Shown here in pieces: positions 1 through 8,733 of a stretch of DNA of 32,000 nt. The notes under the pieces were generated by a model. That model was not told the origin of the DNA, ran no database searches, and saw nothing but the letters and a program-made list of their open reading frames with translations. How positions within the stretch are numbered: position 1 is the stretch's first letter; each line of letters starts with the position of its first letter. The position numbers and the translations under genes are program-made. The DNA comes from Thermodesulfobacteriota bacterium (lineage in GTDB: Bacteria; Desulfobacterota; WTBG01; JAGOGO01): NCBI GenBank assembly GCA_026625185.1, contig CP113000.1, positions 645,622-677,621 on the forward strand, written 5' to 3'.

Positions 1-1
1 C

Positions 2-229
2 AACTCCGCGATCCTGCAGATCGTGGCTGCGCCTTCGCGGCCAATTAAGGTCTATGAAGTAGAGGGTGTGTATCGGGGGGAGGCCAGAATTAACGGTCAA
101 CCGGCTTTTCTCACGAAGATCTTCGTCACCTCGATTAAAAATGGCTTGTTTCGAAAGACTAACTTTATTGAATTATTTGGTAAAAACCTTAAAACCGGCG
201 TTGATTGTTATGAAAAGCTCACGCCGTAG
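2..229 (+). CDS. C-terminal fragment of a hypothetical protein; the gene starts upstream of the window
   Basis: The frame is open from base 2 to the TAG at 227-229, extending the 23..229 ORF to the window edge. The translation ...ILQIVAAPSRPIKVYEVEGVYRGEARINGQPAFLTKIFV... looks protein-like, but I recognised no family. Confidence 0.35.
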   Translation, partial: NSAILQIVAAPSRPIKVYEVEGVYRGEARINGQPAFLTKIFVTSIKNGLFRKTNFIELFGKNLKTGVDCYEKLTP

Positions 230-235
230 TCAAAA

Positions 236-352
236 TACTAATCCCAAGTCGCCTTCATTTGCATATCTTGGTTGTCTCCTTGACATACTCTCCCCTGCGT
301 CGATTCCTCGTCGCCGCCTCGATCTGTTTTTGAATGCAACTTGGGATTAGTA
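236..352. repeat. Long imperfect hairpin closed by a perfect 14-bp inverted repeat
   Basis: TACTAATCCCAAGT (236-249) is the exact reverse complement of ACTTGGGATTAGTA (339-352). Pairing continues imperfectly inward for about 7 more positions. It lies in the convergent gap between the partial CDS and ribF. Confidence 0.5.
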
Positions 353-506
353 TGACGAAGTCCTAAAAAGGCAAGTTTTCTTCAGTGGGTCATTCTTTAT
401 GCGAAAGCAGGAATCCGGTTACTCCAATTGGTTCTGGACTCCGGCTGGAGTTTATTCCGGTGAAAACCAGGGACGGAGTGACGGATTTCGAACTTTTTAT
501 GGTCCA

Positions 507-1439
507 TCAAATACGATTGCTCCCCAAAATTTTTCTCGCCTCGATGACATCTTGATGCATCTGGTGGATAAGTTCCTGCGGCGAACGAAATTTCTCTTCT
601 TTTCTGATGCGCGCGACAAAATTGATATCGAGTTTCTCCCCGTATATTGATTCATTAAAATCGAGGATATACACTTCCAAAGAGAGTTCCCGATATTTAA
701 AAGTAGGATTGTATCCAATGTTCATAGCCCCAGGAAATCGCTGATCGCGGAGGGTTACCCATACCGCATAAACCCCTGTCCCAGGATGAAGGATTTTATC
801 AGGTTTAATATTAGCAGTCGGGAAACCCAAATTGGCTCCCCTCCCTTTCCCCTTTATTACCTCACCGCTAAAACTAAAATGTCTTCCCAGAAGCCGATTG
901 GCAGTTGATATGTCTCCCTGTCGGATAAATTCCCGAATTTTACTGCTTTTTACTATAATGTTGTCCTTAATCTGAGATTCAATAATCTTTACCCGAAAAT
1001 TGAGGCTTTTACCCATAGTTATTAGAAAATGAATATTCCCCTGACGCTTACTTCCGAAGTTGTAATCCTCCCCCACAAAGATTTCTTTTGTTCCGATTTT
1101 GCTACAGAGAATATTTTTAACGAATTCTTCCGCGGAAAGCCGAGAAAATTCTAAAGTAAAAGGCTCACAAATTACTACCTCAATACCAGCCTTCTCAATC
1201 AGCTTTAATTTTTCCTCTAAGGTAGTAATATTTAAAAATTTGCTTCCCGGTGTCAGCACAGAAAGAGGGTGGGGATGAAAAGTATAGACCAAAGAAGTCC
1301 CTTGTATCGCTTTTGCCCTTTCACGTACGCGCGAAAAAATCTCTTGATGCCCCAAGTGAACTCCATCAAAATTGCCCAAGGTCACAACGGGGTTGAAAAA
1401 TTTTTGGTTTAGAAATTTATAACCTTCAAAGACTTTCAT
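507..1439 (-). CDS. ribF: Bifunctional riboflavin kinase / FMN adenylyltransferase
   Basis: 310 aa. The N-terminus has the nucleotidyltransferase motif VVTLGNFDGVHLGHQ, and the C-terminal riboflavin kinase region contains GRGANLGFPTANI...GVYAV. Length and architecture are typical of RibF. Confidence 0.9.
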   Translation of the reverse strand: MKVFEGYKFLNQKFFNPVVTLGNFDGVHLGHQEIFSRVRERAKAIQGTSLVYTFHPHPLSVLTPGSKFLNITTLEEKLKLIEKAGIEVVICEPFTLEFSRLSAEEFVKNILCSKIGTKEIFVGEDYNFGSKRQGNIHFLITMGKSLNFRVKIIESQIKDNIIVKSSKIREFIRQGDISTANRLLGRHFSFSGEVIKGKGRGANLGFPTANIKPDKILHPGTGVYAVWVTLRDQRFPGAMNIGYNPTFKYRELSLEVYILDFNESIYGEKLDINFVARIRKEEKFRSPQELIHQMHQDVIEARKILGSNRI

Positions 1440-1526
1440 ATCTTTTAAGAGTTCAAAAACTTACGCGTAGATACCGCTTGACTATCAAAGTTTACTATTA
1501 TAAACTATTTTTTTAAAAAAGAACCT

Positions 1527-1610
1527 GCCGAAGTGGCGGAATTGGCAGACGCGCTAGGTTCAGGGTCTAGTGAGGGCAGCCTCGTAGGGGTTCAAGTCCC
1601 CTCTTCGGCA
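1527..1610 (+). tRNA. tRNA-Leu, anticodon CAG
   Basis: Hand-folded cloverleaf: acceptor GCCGAAG/CTTCGGC plus discriminator A; anticodon stem CTAGG/TCTAG with loop TTCAGGG (anticodon CAG); a long variable arm; T-arm GGGGTTCAAGTCCCC. No CCA is encoded. Confidence 0.9.
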
Positions 1611-1727
1611 TAGTAAACTTTACGATAATTAATTTATTCTTTTTGTTCTTCTGAAAAATATCTTTTTTCCTCCATGCAAAAGAAAAAAAATTTATTTTAC
1701 TCCTTTTTTTCATTTTTTTCTATACTC

Positions 1728-1756
1728 TTGACATTATTTTTATATTACATTAAAAG
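1728..1756 (+). promoter_or_regulatory. Candidate sigma70-type promoter for the rpmA-obg operon
   Basis: TTGACA at 1728-1733, a 17-nt spacer, then TAAAAG at 1751-1756, inside an AT-rich 280-bp gap about 130 nt upstream of rpmA. The -10 element is only a 4/6 match. Confidence 0.3.
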
Positions 1757-1889
1757 TTACCGGTCAAAATACTTAAGGTCGTTTAAATTTAAGTTTAAAT
1801 AAATTAAATAATGAATTATCTAAATGGTAGAGAACAAATAAAAAGCGCAACCTAATAGATAAGATAACAGAATCAAAGGAGAAATTAAG

Positions 1890-2144
1890 ATGGCGCATAA
1901 AAAAGGACAGGGCAGTTCCCGTAATGGTCGAGATAGTCAAGGCCAGCGGTTTGGAGTTAAACGTTTTGGCGGACAATTGGTACTGGCTGGAAATATTCTG
2001 GCCCGCCAGGTGGGTACGAAATTTCATCCCGGCAATAATGTAGGATTGGGAAAAGACTTCACCCTTTTTGCCAAAATCGATGGAAAAGTAAAGTTTGAAA
2101 GACTTGGCCGAGACCGAATAAAAGTAAGCGTTTACGCTAATTAA
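1890..2144 (+). CDS. rpmA: 50S ribosomal protein L27
   Basis: 84 aa. [29 protein letters not shown] is the canonical L27 N-terminus. An AAAGGAG Shine-Dalgarno sequence lies upstream. Confidence 0.95.
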   Translation: MAHKKGQGSSRNGRDSQGQRFGVKRFGGQLVLAGNILARQVGTKFHPGNNVGLGKDFTLFAKIDGKVKFERLGRDRIKVSVYAN

Positions 2145-2160
2145 CCTATCACGCAAATAA

Positions 2161-3165
2161 ATGCGGTTCGTAGATGAAGCCAAAATCTGGGTACAGTCCG
2201 GCGATGGAGGTCGAGGTTGTGTAAGCTTTCGCCGTGAAAAATTTGTTCCTCGAGGGGGGCCTGATGGCGGCAATGGGGGAAAAGGAGGAGATGTAATATT
2301 AGTTGCTTCCAACAAACATCCAACGCTGTTGGATCTCGCGCTTCAGCAGCATTACCGGGCTAAACGGGGACAGCACGGAAAAGGCAAGTTGCAGCATGGC
2401 AAACATGGTGAAAACCGTGAGATTTTTGTTCCCTTAGGAACAGTCGTTCGAGATAGTCAAACAAACAACATTCTCATAGATTTAGTTTCAGAGGGGGAAC
2501 GCTTTATCGTTGCCCGAGGGGGGAGAGGCGGACGAGGCAATGCCTCTTTTAAATCCTCTACCAACCAGGCCCCCAGAAGAGCTCAAGAAGGGCAAAAAGG
2601 CGAAAGTGCATGGCTTAAGCTAGAACTTAAACTTTTAGCTGATGTTGGAATTATTGGCCTACCCAATGCAGGAAAATCAACCCTCATTTCTAAAATATCT
2701 TCAGCCCATCCGAAAATTGCTGATTATCCTTTTACCACCTTAACCCCTAACCTGGGGGTGGTACAGAGTGAAAATTTTGAAAATTTTGTGGCAGCAGATA
2801 TTCCGGGACTCATTAAGGGGGCGCACCAAGGATCGGGGCTTGGGCTTAAGTTTCTCAAACACATTGAAAGAACAGGCCTTTTAGTATTCTTGCTTGATGT
2901 GAGTTATCTTGATGAAGGTAATCCAGGAAGAGATTACAACATTATTCTTACTGAGATAGAAAACTATAATCCTATCCTTTTGAAAAAACCGCGAATTATT
3001 GCCTTGAATAAGTTGGATCTACTCTACCCCCCAGTGCTTCCTGACAACATTAAGTCTTTTTACAAAAAACTTCCCTTCCCTTTTGTTTCTTTTTCGGCAC
3101 TCACGGGAGAAGGAATAAAAAAATTATTAACCCTGATAAACGACATGTTAAAACAAAAGCCATGA
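2161..3165 (+). CDS. obg: GTPase Obg/CgtA
   Basis: 334 aa. MRFVDEAKI... starts the glycine-rich Obg fold (GGRGG, GGNGGKGG). G1 is GLPNAGKST and G3 is DIPGLI. It sits in the conserved position after rpmA. Confidence 0.95.
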   Translation: MRFVDEAKIWVQSGDGGRGCVSFRREKFVPRGGPDGGNGGKGGDVILVASNKHPTLLDLALQQHYRAKRGQHGKGKLQHGKHGENREIFVPLGTVVRDSQTNNILIDLVSEGERFIVARGGRGGRGNASFKSSTNQAPRRAQEGQKGESAWLKLELKLLADVGIIGLPNAGKSTLISKISSAHPKIADYPFTTLTPNLGVVQSENFENFVAADIPGLIKGAHQGSGLGLKFLKHIERTGLLVFLLDVSYLDEGNPGRDYNIILTEIENYNPILLKKPRIIALNKLDLLYPPVLPDNIKSFYKKLPFPFVSFSALTGEGIKKLLTLINDMLKQKP

Positions 3166-4298
3166 CCATTAACCATCTGCGCGCGGAAGTCATTAAAAAA
3201 GTTCGTCGAGTAGTCATAAAAATCGGGAGCAGCGTTTTGACTGATTCCGCGACCAACATCAATTTTAATGCGTTTGCCAGTATCGTGGATCAAATTGCTT
3301 GGATTAAAAAGATTGGGATTGAACCGGTTGTCGTCTCCTCCGGCGCTATCGCAATTGGCACGCAAAAGATAGGCCTTAAGCAACGTCCCCAAAGCATTCC
3401 CCTTAAGCAAGCGGCGGCTGCGGTAGGACAGTCCGGTCTCATGGAAAATTATGAGCGATTTTTTAAAGAAAAGAATTTAAAAATCGGCCAAGTTCTCCTT
3501 ACCAACTTAATCCTCAAAGAACGCCCCTTGTTTTTAAATGCCCGGAACACGCTTTTCGCTTTACTGGAATTAGGAATCATCCCGATTATTAATGAAAATG
3601 ACTCGGTCGTCGTCGATGAAATTAAGCTGGGAGATAATGATAATTTAGCCACCATTACTACCAACTTAGTTGGAGCTGATCTCCTGGTCATTCTCACTGA
3701 TCAAGATGGGCTTTTTGAAGCTGACCCCCAAACAAATAAAAATGCCCGATTGATTTCCGTGGTAAAAAAAATTGACAAAAAGCTTGAATCATTAGCAAGT
3801 ACGCGAAAAAGCACTCACGGAGTGGGCGGAATGGAAACAAAAATTGCGGCTGCAAAAAATGCCACCACCTACGGAATTCCTGTTGTTATGGCAAATGGCC
3901 GGCGTCATGGTATTCTGGAGGCTATTTTTCAAGGGAAAGACGTGGGCACCCTTTTTCTTCCTCAAACATCAAAGCTTAAAAGTCGCAAGCACTGGATCGC
4001 CTTTACACTTAAGCCCCGGGGAAAACTCTTTATCGATCACGGAGCAGAGGAAGCAATCCTCAAAAAGGGGAAAAGCCTTTTGGCCGTCGGGATCACTAAG
4101 GCAGAAGGCGAGTTTAAGTTTGGCGATTCAGTAAGCATCCTGAATCAATACCAGCAAGAGATTGCCCGCGGACTGGTAAATTATGATTCTTTAGAGATCA
4201 AAAGAATTAAGGGAGCGCCAACCAAGGAGATTGAAAAAATATTGGGATATAAATATTATGATGAGGTCATCAACCGCGATGACCTGGTCGTTTTATAA
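3162..4298 (+). CDS. proB: Glutamate 5-kinase with C-terminal PUA domain
   Basis: 378 aa. Amino-acid-kinase fold (VVIKIGSSVLT, NENDSV, GDNDNLA) and a PUA-like C-terminus (LAVGITKAEGEFKFGDSV). The start overlaps the obg stop (ATGA). Confidence 0.93.
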   Translation: MTINHLRAEVIKKVRRVVIKIGSSVLTDSATNINFNAFASIVDQIAWIKKIGIEPVVVSSGAIAIGTQKIGLKQRPQSIPLKQAAAAVGQSGLMENYERFFKEKNLKIGQVLLTNLILKERPLFLNARNTLFALLELGIIPIINENDSVVVDEIKLGDNDNLATITTNLVGADLLVILTDQDGLFEADPQTNKNARLISVVKKIDKKLESLASTRKSTHGVGGMETKIAAAKNATTYGIPVVMANGRRHGILEAIFQGKDVGTLFLPQTSKLKSRKHWIAFTLKPRGKLFIDHGAEEAILKKGKSLLAVGITKAEGEFKFGDSVSILNQYQQEIARGLVNYDSLEIKRIKGAPTKEIEKILGYKYYDEVINRDDLVVL

Positions 4299-4310
4299 GG
4301 GAAAATTGAT

Positions 4311-5570
4311 ATGACTTCTATTCAAGAACACGTTCTCGGTATTGCTCAGGGCGCAAAAAAGGCTTCCCGAATCCTCAGTCGGCTTCCCACTGAGAAAAAA
4401 AATAAAGCCTTAGGTCGAATGGCAGAAGCGCTGATCGCCAATGCTGCCCGGTTAAAAGAAGAAAACACTAAAGATGTAACCCTGGCGCAAAAGAGCGCTT
4501 TGAGCAGCGCGCTCATTGACCGGCTTACGATCACCGATAAAACCATAACCGAGATGGCTTCCGGTTTAAGAGAGGTGGCAAGCCTTCCTGACCCGGTAGG
4601 AGAAGTGACGGGAATGTGGCGAAGGCCAAATAATCTTTTGGTAGGGAGGATGCGGATCCCGCTTGGGGTAATCGGAATAATTTACGAAGCCCGGCCAAAT
4701 GTTACGGCGGACGCAGCCGGACTGTGTCTAAAATCAGGCAATGCCGTTATCTTACGAGGAGGGTCAGAAGCCTTTCACTCCAACCTTTTCATAGCTGATA
4801 TCCTCCAACTAGAAGCCGAGAAGGAAGGTATACCGCGCGAAGCTATTTCATTTTTCCCGATCACTGACCGGGAAGCAGTGTACGCGCTTTTACAATTAGA
4901 AGATTTGATTGATGTGATTATTCCCCGGGGAGGAGAAGAACTTATCCGGGCAGTAGTCGAAAAATCTAAGATCCCCGTCATAAAGCACTATAAAGGCACC
5001 TGTCATATTTTTATTGATCGCACGGCTGATTATGAGATGACTGAAAAAATCGTTCTTAATGCGAAATGTCAGAGGCCTGGAGTATGTAATGCGGTTGAAA
5101 CCCTTTTGGTTCATCAAGACATTGCCCCCCAGGTTCTTCCCCCGCTTATAACACGACTCCAAAAAGCGGGCGTGGAAATTCGAGGATGTTCTCAAACCAT
5201 AAAGCTTTTGCCGGACTTAAACCAAGCCACAGAAGACGACTGGTATGCTGAATACTTAGCTCTCGTCTTAGCAGTTAAAATAGTAAAAAATATTGACGAG
5301 GCGATGGAGCATATTGAAACCTATGGCTCTCTCCATACGGAAACAATCATTACCCAATCTTATGAAAATTCACAGAAATTCCTCAAAGAAGTGAATTCTT
5401 CAACGGTATTGGTCAACGCCTCCACGCGTTTTAGCGATGGATTTCAGCTTGGGTTGGGCGCGGAAGTGGGAATCAGCACCACCAAGCTCCATGCCTTTGG
5501 GCCCATGGGGGTTAAAGAACTTACAACCACTAAATTTATTGTCTTGGGAGAAGGGCAGATACGAGAGTAA
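4311..5570 (+). CDS. proA: Gamma-glutamyl phosphate reductase
   Basis: 419 aa. Aldehyde-dehydrogenase-like, with IYEARPNVT, VIPRGG, CNAVETLLVH and HTETIIT, all characteristic of ProA. Adjacent to proB. Confidence 0.93.
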   Translation: MTSIQEHVLGIAQGAKKASRILSRLPTEKKNKALGRMAEALIANAARLKEENTKDVTLAQKSALSSALIDRLTITDKTITEMASGLREVASLPDPVGEVTGMWRRPNNLLVGRMRIPLGVIGIIYEARPNVTADAAGLCLKSGNAVILRGGSEAFHSNLFIADILQLEAEKEGIPREAISFFPITDREAVYALLQLEDLIDVIIPRGGEELIRAVVEKSKIPVIKHYKGTCHIFIDRTADYEMTEKIVLNAKCQRPGVCNAVETLLVHQDIAPQVLPPLITRLQKAGVEIRGCSQTIKLLPDLNQATEDDWYAEYLALVLAVKIVKNIDEAMEHIETYGSLHTETIITQSYENSQKFLKEVNSSTVLVNASTRFSDGFQLGLGAEVGISTTKLHAFGPMGVKELTTTKFIVLGEGQIRE

Positions 5571-5752
5571 AATCCATTAGAAATTTGATCGCTAAGATGG
5601 CAAGCAGGTCTTTTCTAACGGGGTAAGTTTGAATTTATTGTATTACTGAAGAATAAGTTGTTCTTATTACTCTCCCGGAAACGTAAACAAAATTTAGTCA
5701 TATTAACACGCAAAAAAATTAAATAATGATTGTGAAAGTCAAAGGAAGCTAT

Positions 5753-6433
5753 ATGAATAAAACCGAAGAATTACAAACCGAAAAGGAACGGATCGGCCTT
5801 TTTGGCGGGACCTTCAATCCCATTCACGTCGGCCATCTTCGAGCGGCTGAAGAAATCCACGAATTTTTTCATCTGGATAAAATCATTTTCATTCCCGCTC
5901 GAATTCCACCACATAAAACGGAAAAAGCAATTATTGCCCCGGATCATCGTTTAAACATGGTTAAACTAGCTATCCAAGACAATCCTCGGTTTGAAGTCTC
6001 TAACTTTGAGATTCAAAGAGATTCGAAATCTTATTCAATCATAACCATCGAGCATTTCCAAAAAAAATTGGGTTTAAATACTTCTCTTTTTTTCTTAATG
6101 GGCATGGATGCTTTTCTCGAAATCAACACCTGGAAAGACTTTTCCCAATTGTTTTCTCTGACCAATTTTATTATTATGTCGCGGCCGGGGTATCACAAAA
6201 AAGCGAGCGCTGACCTGTTCTCCATTGACGGGAATAAAAATTTTGCTTATAATCCGGAAGGAAATTATTATACGCATTCAACAGGCCATAAGCTCTTTTT
6301 TCAAGAAATAACATTGTTGGATTTTTCATCCCGGGCAATTCGAAGCCGATTAAAGGGAAAGCGGTCAATACGTTATTTAGTGCCTCCGGTAATTGAGAAT
6401 TACATAAAAAAACATGGCCTTTATGATGATTAG
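5753..6433 (+). CDS. nadD: Nicotinate-nucleotide adenylyltransferase
   Basis: GLFGGTFNPIHVGHL is the (H/T)xGH nucleotidyltransferase motif, and the C-terminus contains SSRAIRSRL. I chose the ATG at 5753 because AAAGGAAG precedes it; the ORF-track start at 5726 has no Shine-Dalgarno sequence. Confidence 0.88.
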   Translation: MNKTEELQTEKERIGLFGGTFNPIHVGHLRAAEEIHEFFHLDKIIFIPARIPPHKTEKAIIAPDHRLNMVKLAIQDNPRFEVSNFEIQRDSKSYSIITIEHFQKKLGLNTSLFFLMGMDAFLEINTWKDFSQLFSLTNFIIMSRPGYHKKASADLFSIDGNKNFAYNPEGNYYTHSTGHKLFFQEITLLDFSSRAIRSRLKGKRSIRYLVPPVIENYIKKHGLYDD

Positions 6434-6439
6434 CTTTTT

Positions 6440-6901
6440 TTGTATAAAAACAAGTCGTGTGAAATTAAAAAACTAAACAAACTCAAGGAGGGAACTATTC
6501 CAAAAACGAAACCCGCAAAAGATTCCAAAGAAAAATTTTCTCTCTGCGTTCAAAGCGCCCTTGATAAAAAAGCAAAAAAAATGGTCGTTTTAAAAATTGC
6601 AGAGATCTCATCATTTGCTGATTATTTTCTTGTTTGTCATGGTGATTCAAGCCGACAGGTTCAAGGGATCGCCAGAAATATTGAAGAAAAATTGAAAAAA
6701 ATAGGCTTTGCCCCTCTCGGCATTGAAGGTTATCAAGAAGGCAGCTGGATACTCATGGATTATGGCGATGTTATCATTCATATCTTTCAAAAACCGTTTA
6801 GGGAGTTATATGACCTTGAACGCCTTTGGGTTGATGCCCCCCGGCTTGACGTGGATGACGAGAAACCAATTACCACGCTTTTGGACCGGTGGGGCAGCTA
6901 A
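6440..6901 (+). CDS. rsfS: Ribosomal silencing factor RsfS (iojap-like); start uncertain
   Basis: ADYFLVCHGDSSRQVQGIARNIEEKLKK and WILMDYGDVIIHIF are typical RsfS motifs, and the gene follows nadD as usual. The TTG at 6440 has no Shine-Dalgarno sequence. A strong AAGGAGG (6485-6491) sits 5 nt before an in-frame ATT (6497). Confidence 0.8.
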   Translation: MYKNKSCEIKKLNKLKEGTIPKTKPAKDSKEKFSLCVQSALDKKAKKMVVLKIAEISSFADYFLVCHGDSSRQVQGIARNIEEKLKKIGFAPLGIEGYQEGSWILMDYGDVIIHIFQKPFRELYDLERLWVDAPRLDVDDEKPITTLLDRWGS

Positions 6902-7616
6902 AGTAATATCCTCAGCGCTCGACTTCCTGTTTCCTCCGGTTTGTTCACTCTGTGGCTCTAAGAACTTATACCAAGCAGGGTCCCTTATATGTAAAGATTG
7001 CTTCAGTTCAATTTCCTTCATTTCCCACCCCGTTTGTGCGCGTTGTGGTAAGCCATTTTTGACTGAAACGACTCGTAGTCATGTCTGTGGAAATTGTTTA
7101 ACTCAGGAACCTTCCTTCAATCTCGTCCGCGCGCTCGGCAGATATGAAGGCGCTCTGGAGACAATCATTCATAATTTTAAATATAAACAGAAATTTTCCA
7201 TGGTAAATCTTTTTAACTTCTTACTTGATAATATGCAAAACCATGAGATTATTTTTGCCTCCTACGATCTCCTGATACCAGTGCCGCTCCACAGAAATCG
7301 TCTTCGGCAAAGAGGATTTAACCAGGCAGTAATTTTAGGAAATATCCTTAAGAAAAAATACCAAATGTCCTTGCAATCCAAGATGCTGCAAAGGATAGTT
7401 TATACTCATCCTCAGGTTACCCTACCCGTAAAAGCAAGAAAGATTAATATGCGAAACGCTTTTAAGGTTAAAGAGTCACAATCGGTTGAAGGAAAAACCA
7501 TTCTCCTTCTTGATGATGTTTACACAACGGGAGCAACGATGAATGAATGCGCCCGGGTTTTAAAAAAATCCGGGGCTTCCCGAGTAGATGGCTTTGTTAT
7601 CGCCCGCGCAGTATAA
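6855..7616 (+). CDS. ComF-family phosphoribosyltransferase-domain protein
   Basis: The N-terminus has Cys clusters (FPPVCSLCG...CKDC, CARCG...CGNC). The C-terminus has the PRTase motif LLLDDVYTTGAT. The first 49 codons of the 6708 ORF overlap rsfS out of frame and are not ComF-like, so I chose the ATG at 6855. Confidence 0.75.
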   Translation: MTRNQLPRFWTGGAAKVISSALDFLFPPVCSLCGSKNLYQAGSLICKDCFSSISFISHPVCARCGKPFLTETTRSHVCGNCLTQEPSFNLVRALGRYEGALETIIHNFKYKQKFSMVNLFNFLLDNMQNHEIIFASYDLLIPVPLHRNRLRQRGFNQAVILGNILKKKYQMSLQSKMLQRIVYTHPQVTLPVKARKINMRNAFKVKESQSVEGKTILLLDDVYTTGATMNECARVLKKSGASRVDGFVIARAV

Positions 7617-7626
7617 AGGATAAGAA

Positions 7627-8601
7627 ATGAACATTGAATCTGTTTATAATATGATTGCCCAGGATCTTCAAGCAGTAGAACGAGAACTGGATAAAAACAT
7701 CCAATCGGAAATAGATCTGGTTCCAACCATGGGGAGGTATATTCTTAATAGCGGAGGCAAACGTTTTCGTCCTTTGCTCCTTATCCTGTCCGCCCGGTTA
7801 TGCGGATACAAAGGCAAGAATCACATCCAACTCGCCTGTATTTTGGAATTTATTCACACTGCCACGCTTCTCCATGACGATGTGGTCGATAACGCGAATA
7901 TCCGGAGAGGAAATATGTCGGCGAATGCGCTATGGGGCAACCAGGCAAGTATCCTCATCGGAGATTTGTTTTTTGCTCAGTCATTTTCCCTGATCGCCCA
8001 AACCCGGAATTGGCGGGTACTTAAGGTGTTGACGGGCGCGACCACCAAATTAGCGCAGGGAGAAGTATTAGATCTGGTCCAAGAAGGCGATCTTGCTTGT
8101 GATGAATCAAACTATCTAACTACTATTACCTATAAAACCGCAAGTTTGATAAAAGCCGCCTGCCATGTCGGTGCTATTTTAGGAAATGTGGATCAAAATA
8201 AAGAAAAGGCTATGAAAAACTTTGGCAACAACCTTGGTATTGCCTATCAGCTTATGGACGACACTCTGGATTATGTCTCAACCGAAGAAGAGTTTGGGAA
8301 AACAATCGGGAAAGATCTCGAAGAAGGGAAAATTACCCTCCCGCTTATTCACACCTTGCAGAAAAGCGCTCCAGAAGATCGGGAGTTTATTGTTTCGGCC
8401 TTAAAAAAAGAGAAACTAACCAAAAAGCTCCTTACGAATATTTTACATTTAATAAGGCACTATCAGGGATTAGAATATACGGCACAAAAAGCAAAGCAGT
8501 ACGCACTCAAAGCAAAAAAAGAATTAAAAAGCTTTCTCCCTTCTCATGAAAAAGAAGCGCTGATAGCAATTGCTGATTATGCAGTAGATCGTCGTCACTA
8601 A
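7627..8601 (+). CDS. Long-chain trans-polyprenyl diphosphate synthase (IspB/HepT-like)
   Basis: 324 aa. First Asp-rich motif LLHDDVVDNANIRRG; second motif QLMDDTLDY. The product chain length cannot be read from the sequence. Confidence 0.88.
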   Translation: MNIESVYNMIAQDLQAVERELDKNIQSEIDLVPTMGRYILNSGGKRFRPLLLILSARLCGYKGKNHIQLACILEFIHTATLLHDDVVDNANIRRGNMSANALWGNQASILIGDLFFAQSFSLIAQTRNWRVLKVLTGATTKLAQGEVLDLVQEGDLACDESNYLTTITYKTASLIKAACHVGAILGNVDQNKEKAMKNFGNNLGIAYQLMDDTLDYVSTEEEFGKTIGKDLEEGKITLPLIHTLQKSAPEDREFIVSALKKEKLTKKLLTNILHLIRHYQGLEYTAQKAKQYALKAKKELKSFLPSHEKEALIAIADYAVDRRH

Positions 8602-8733
8602 CAAGATCCTTGTCACCGGTCAAAGTCAGCACACCACACCCGTGAAAAAATAGGAAGGAAGACAGCACGTATGAAGATGGTTATCATTGAAAATATGCCC
8701 GAACAAACATAAGCGAGAATAAGCTTAGTTCCC

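Noticed and set aside
350-506. A possible riboswitch or structured RNA (FMN, cobalamin, glycine and similar) in the gap next to ribF, suggested by GGTGAAAACC-like strings and small hairpins
   Set aside because: I could not match any riboswitch consensus. The region is also downstream of both flanking genes (a convergent gap), so it has nothing to regulate in cis. ORF 399..650 there overlaps the ribF 3-prime end and is not credible.
230-506. An expected rpsO (S15) gene downstream of ribF on the minus strand
   Set aside because: I translated the minus strand of about 240-360 in all three frames. None resembles S15, and stops are frequent.
1527-1900. tRNA-Leu as the attachment site of an integrated element
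   Set aside because: No integrase is present, no direct repeat of the tRNA 3-prime end is visible downstream, and the downstream genes are core housekeeping genes.
1773-2315. A 180-aa minus-strand ORF across rpmA and the obg start
   Set aside because: It lies antisense to two unmistakable conserved genes, its sequence is low-complexity (Pro/Ser-rich), and it has no start context. It is a shadow ORF.
6708-6854. A long N-terminal extension of the ComF-family ORF overlapping rsfS
   Set aside because: The extension overlaps the conserved RsfS core in another frame and has no ComF similarity. The ComF similarity begins at FLFPPVCSLCG, just after the rsfS stop.
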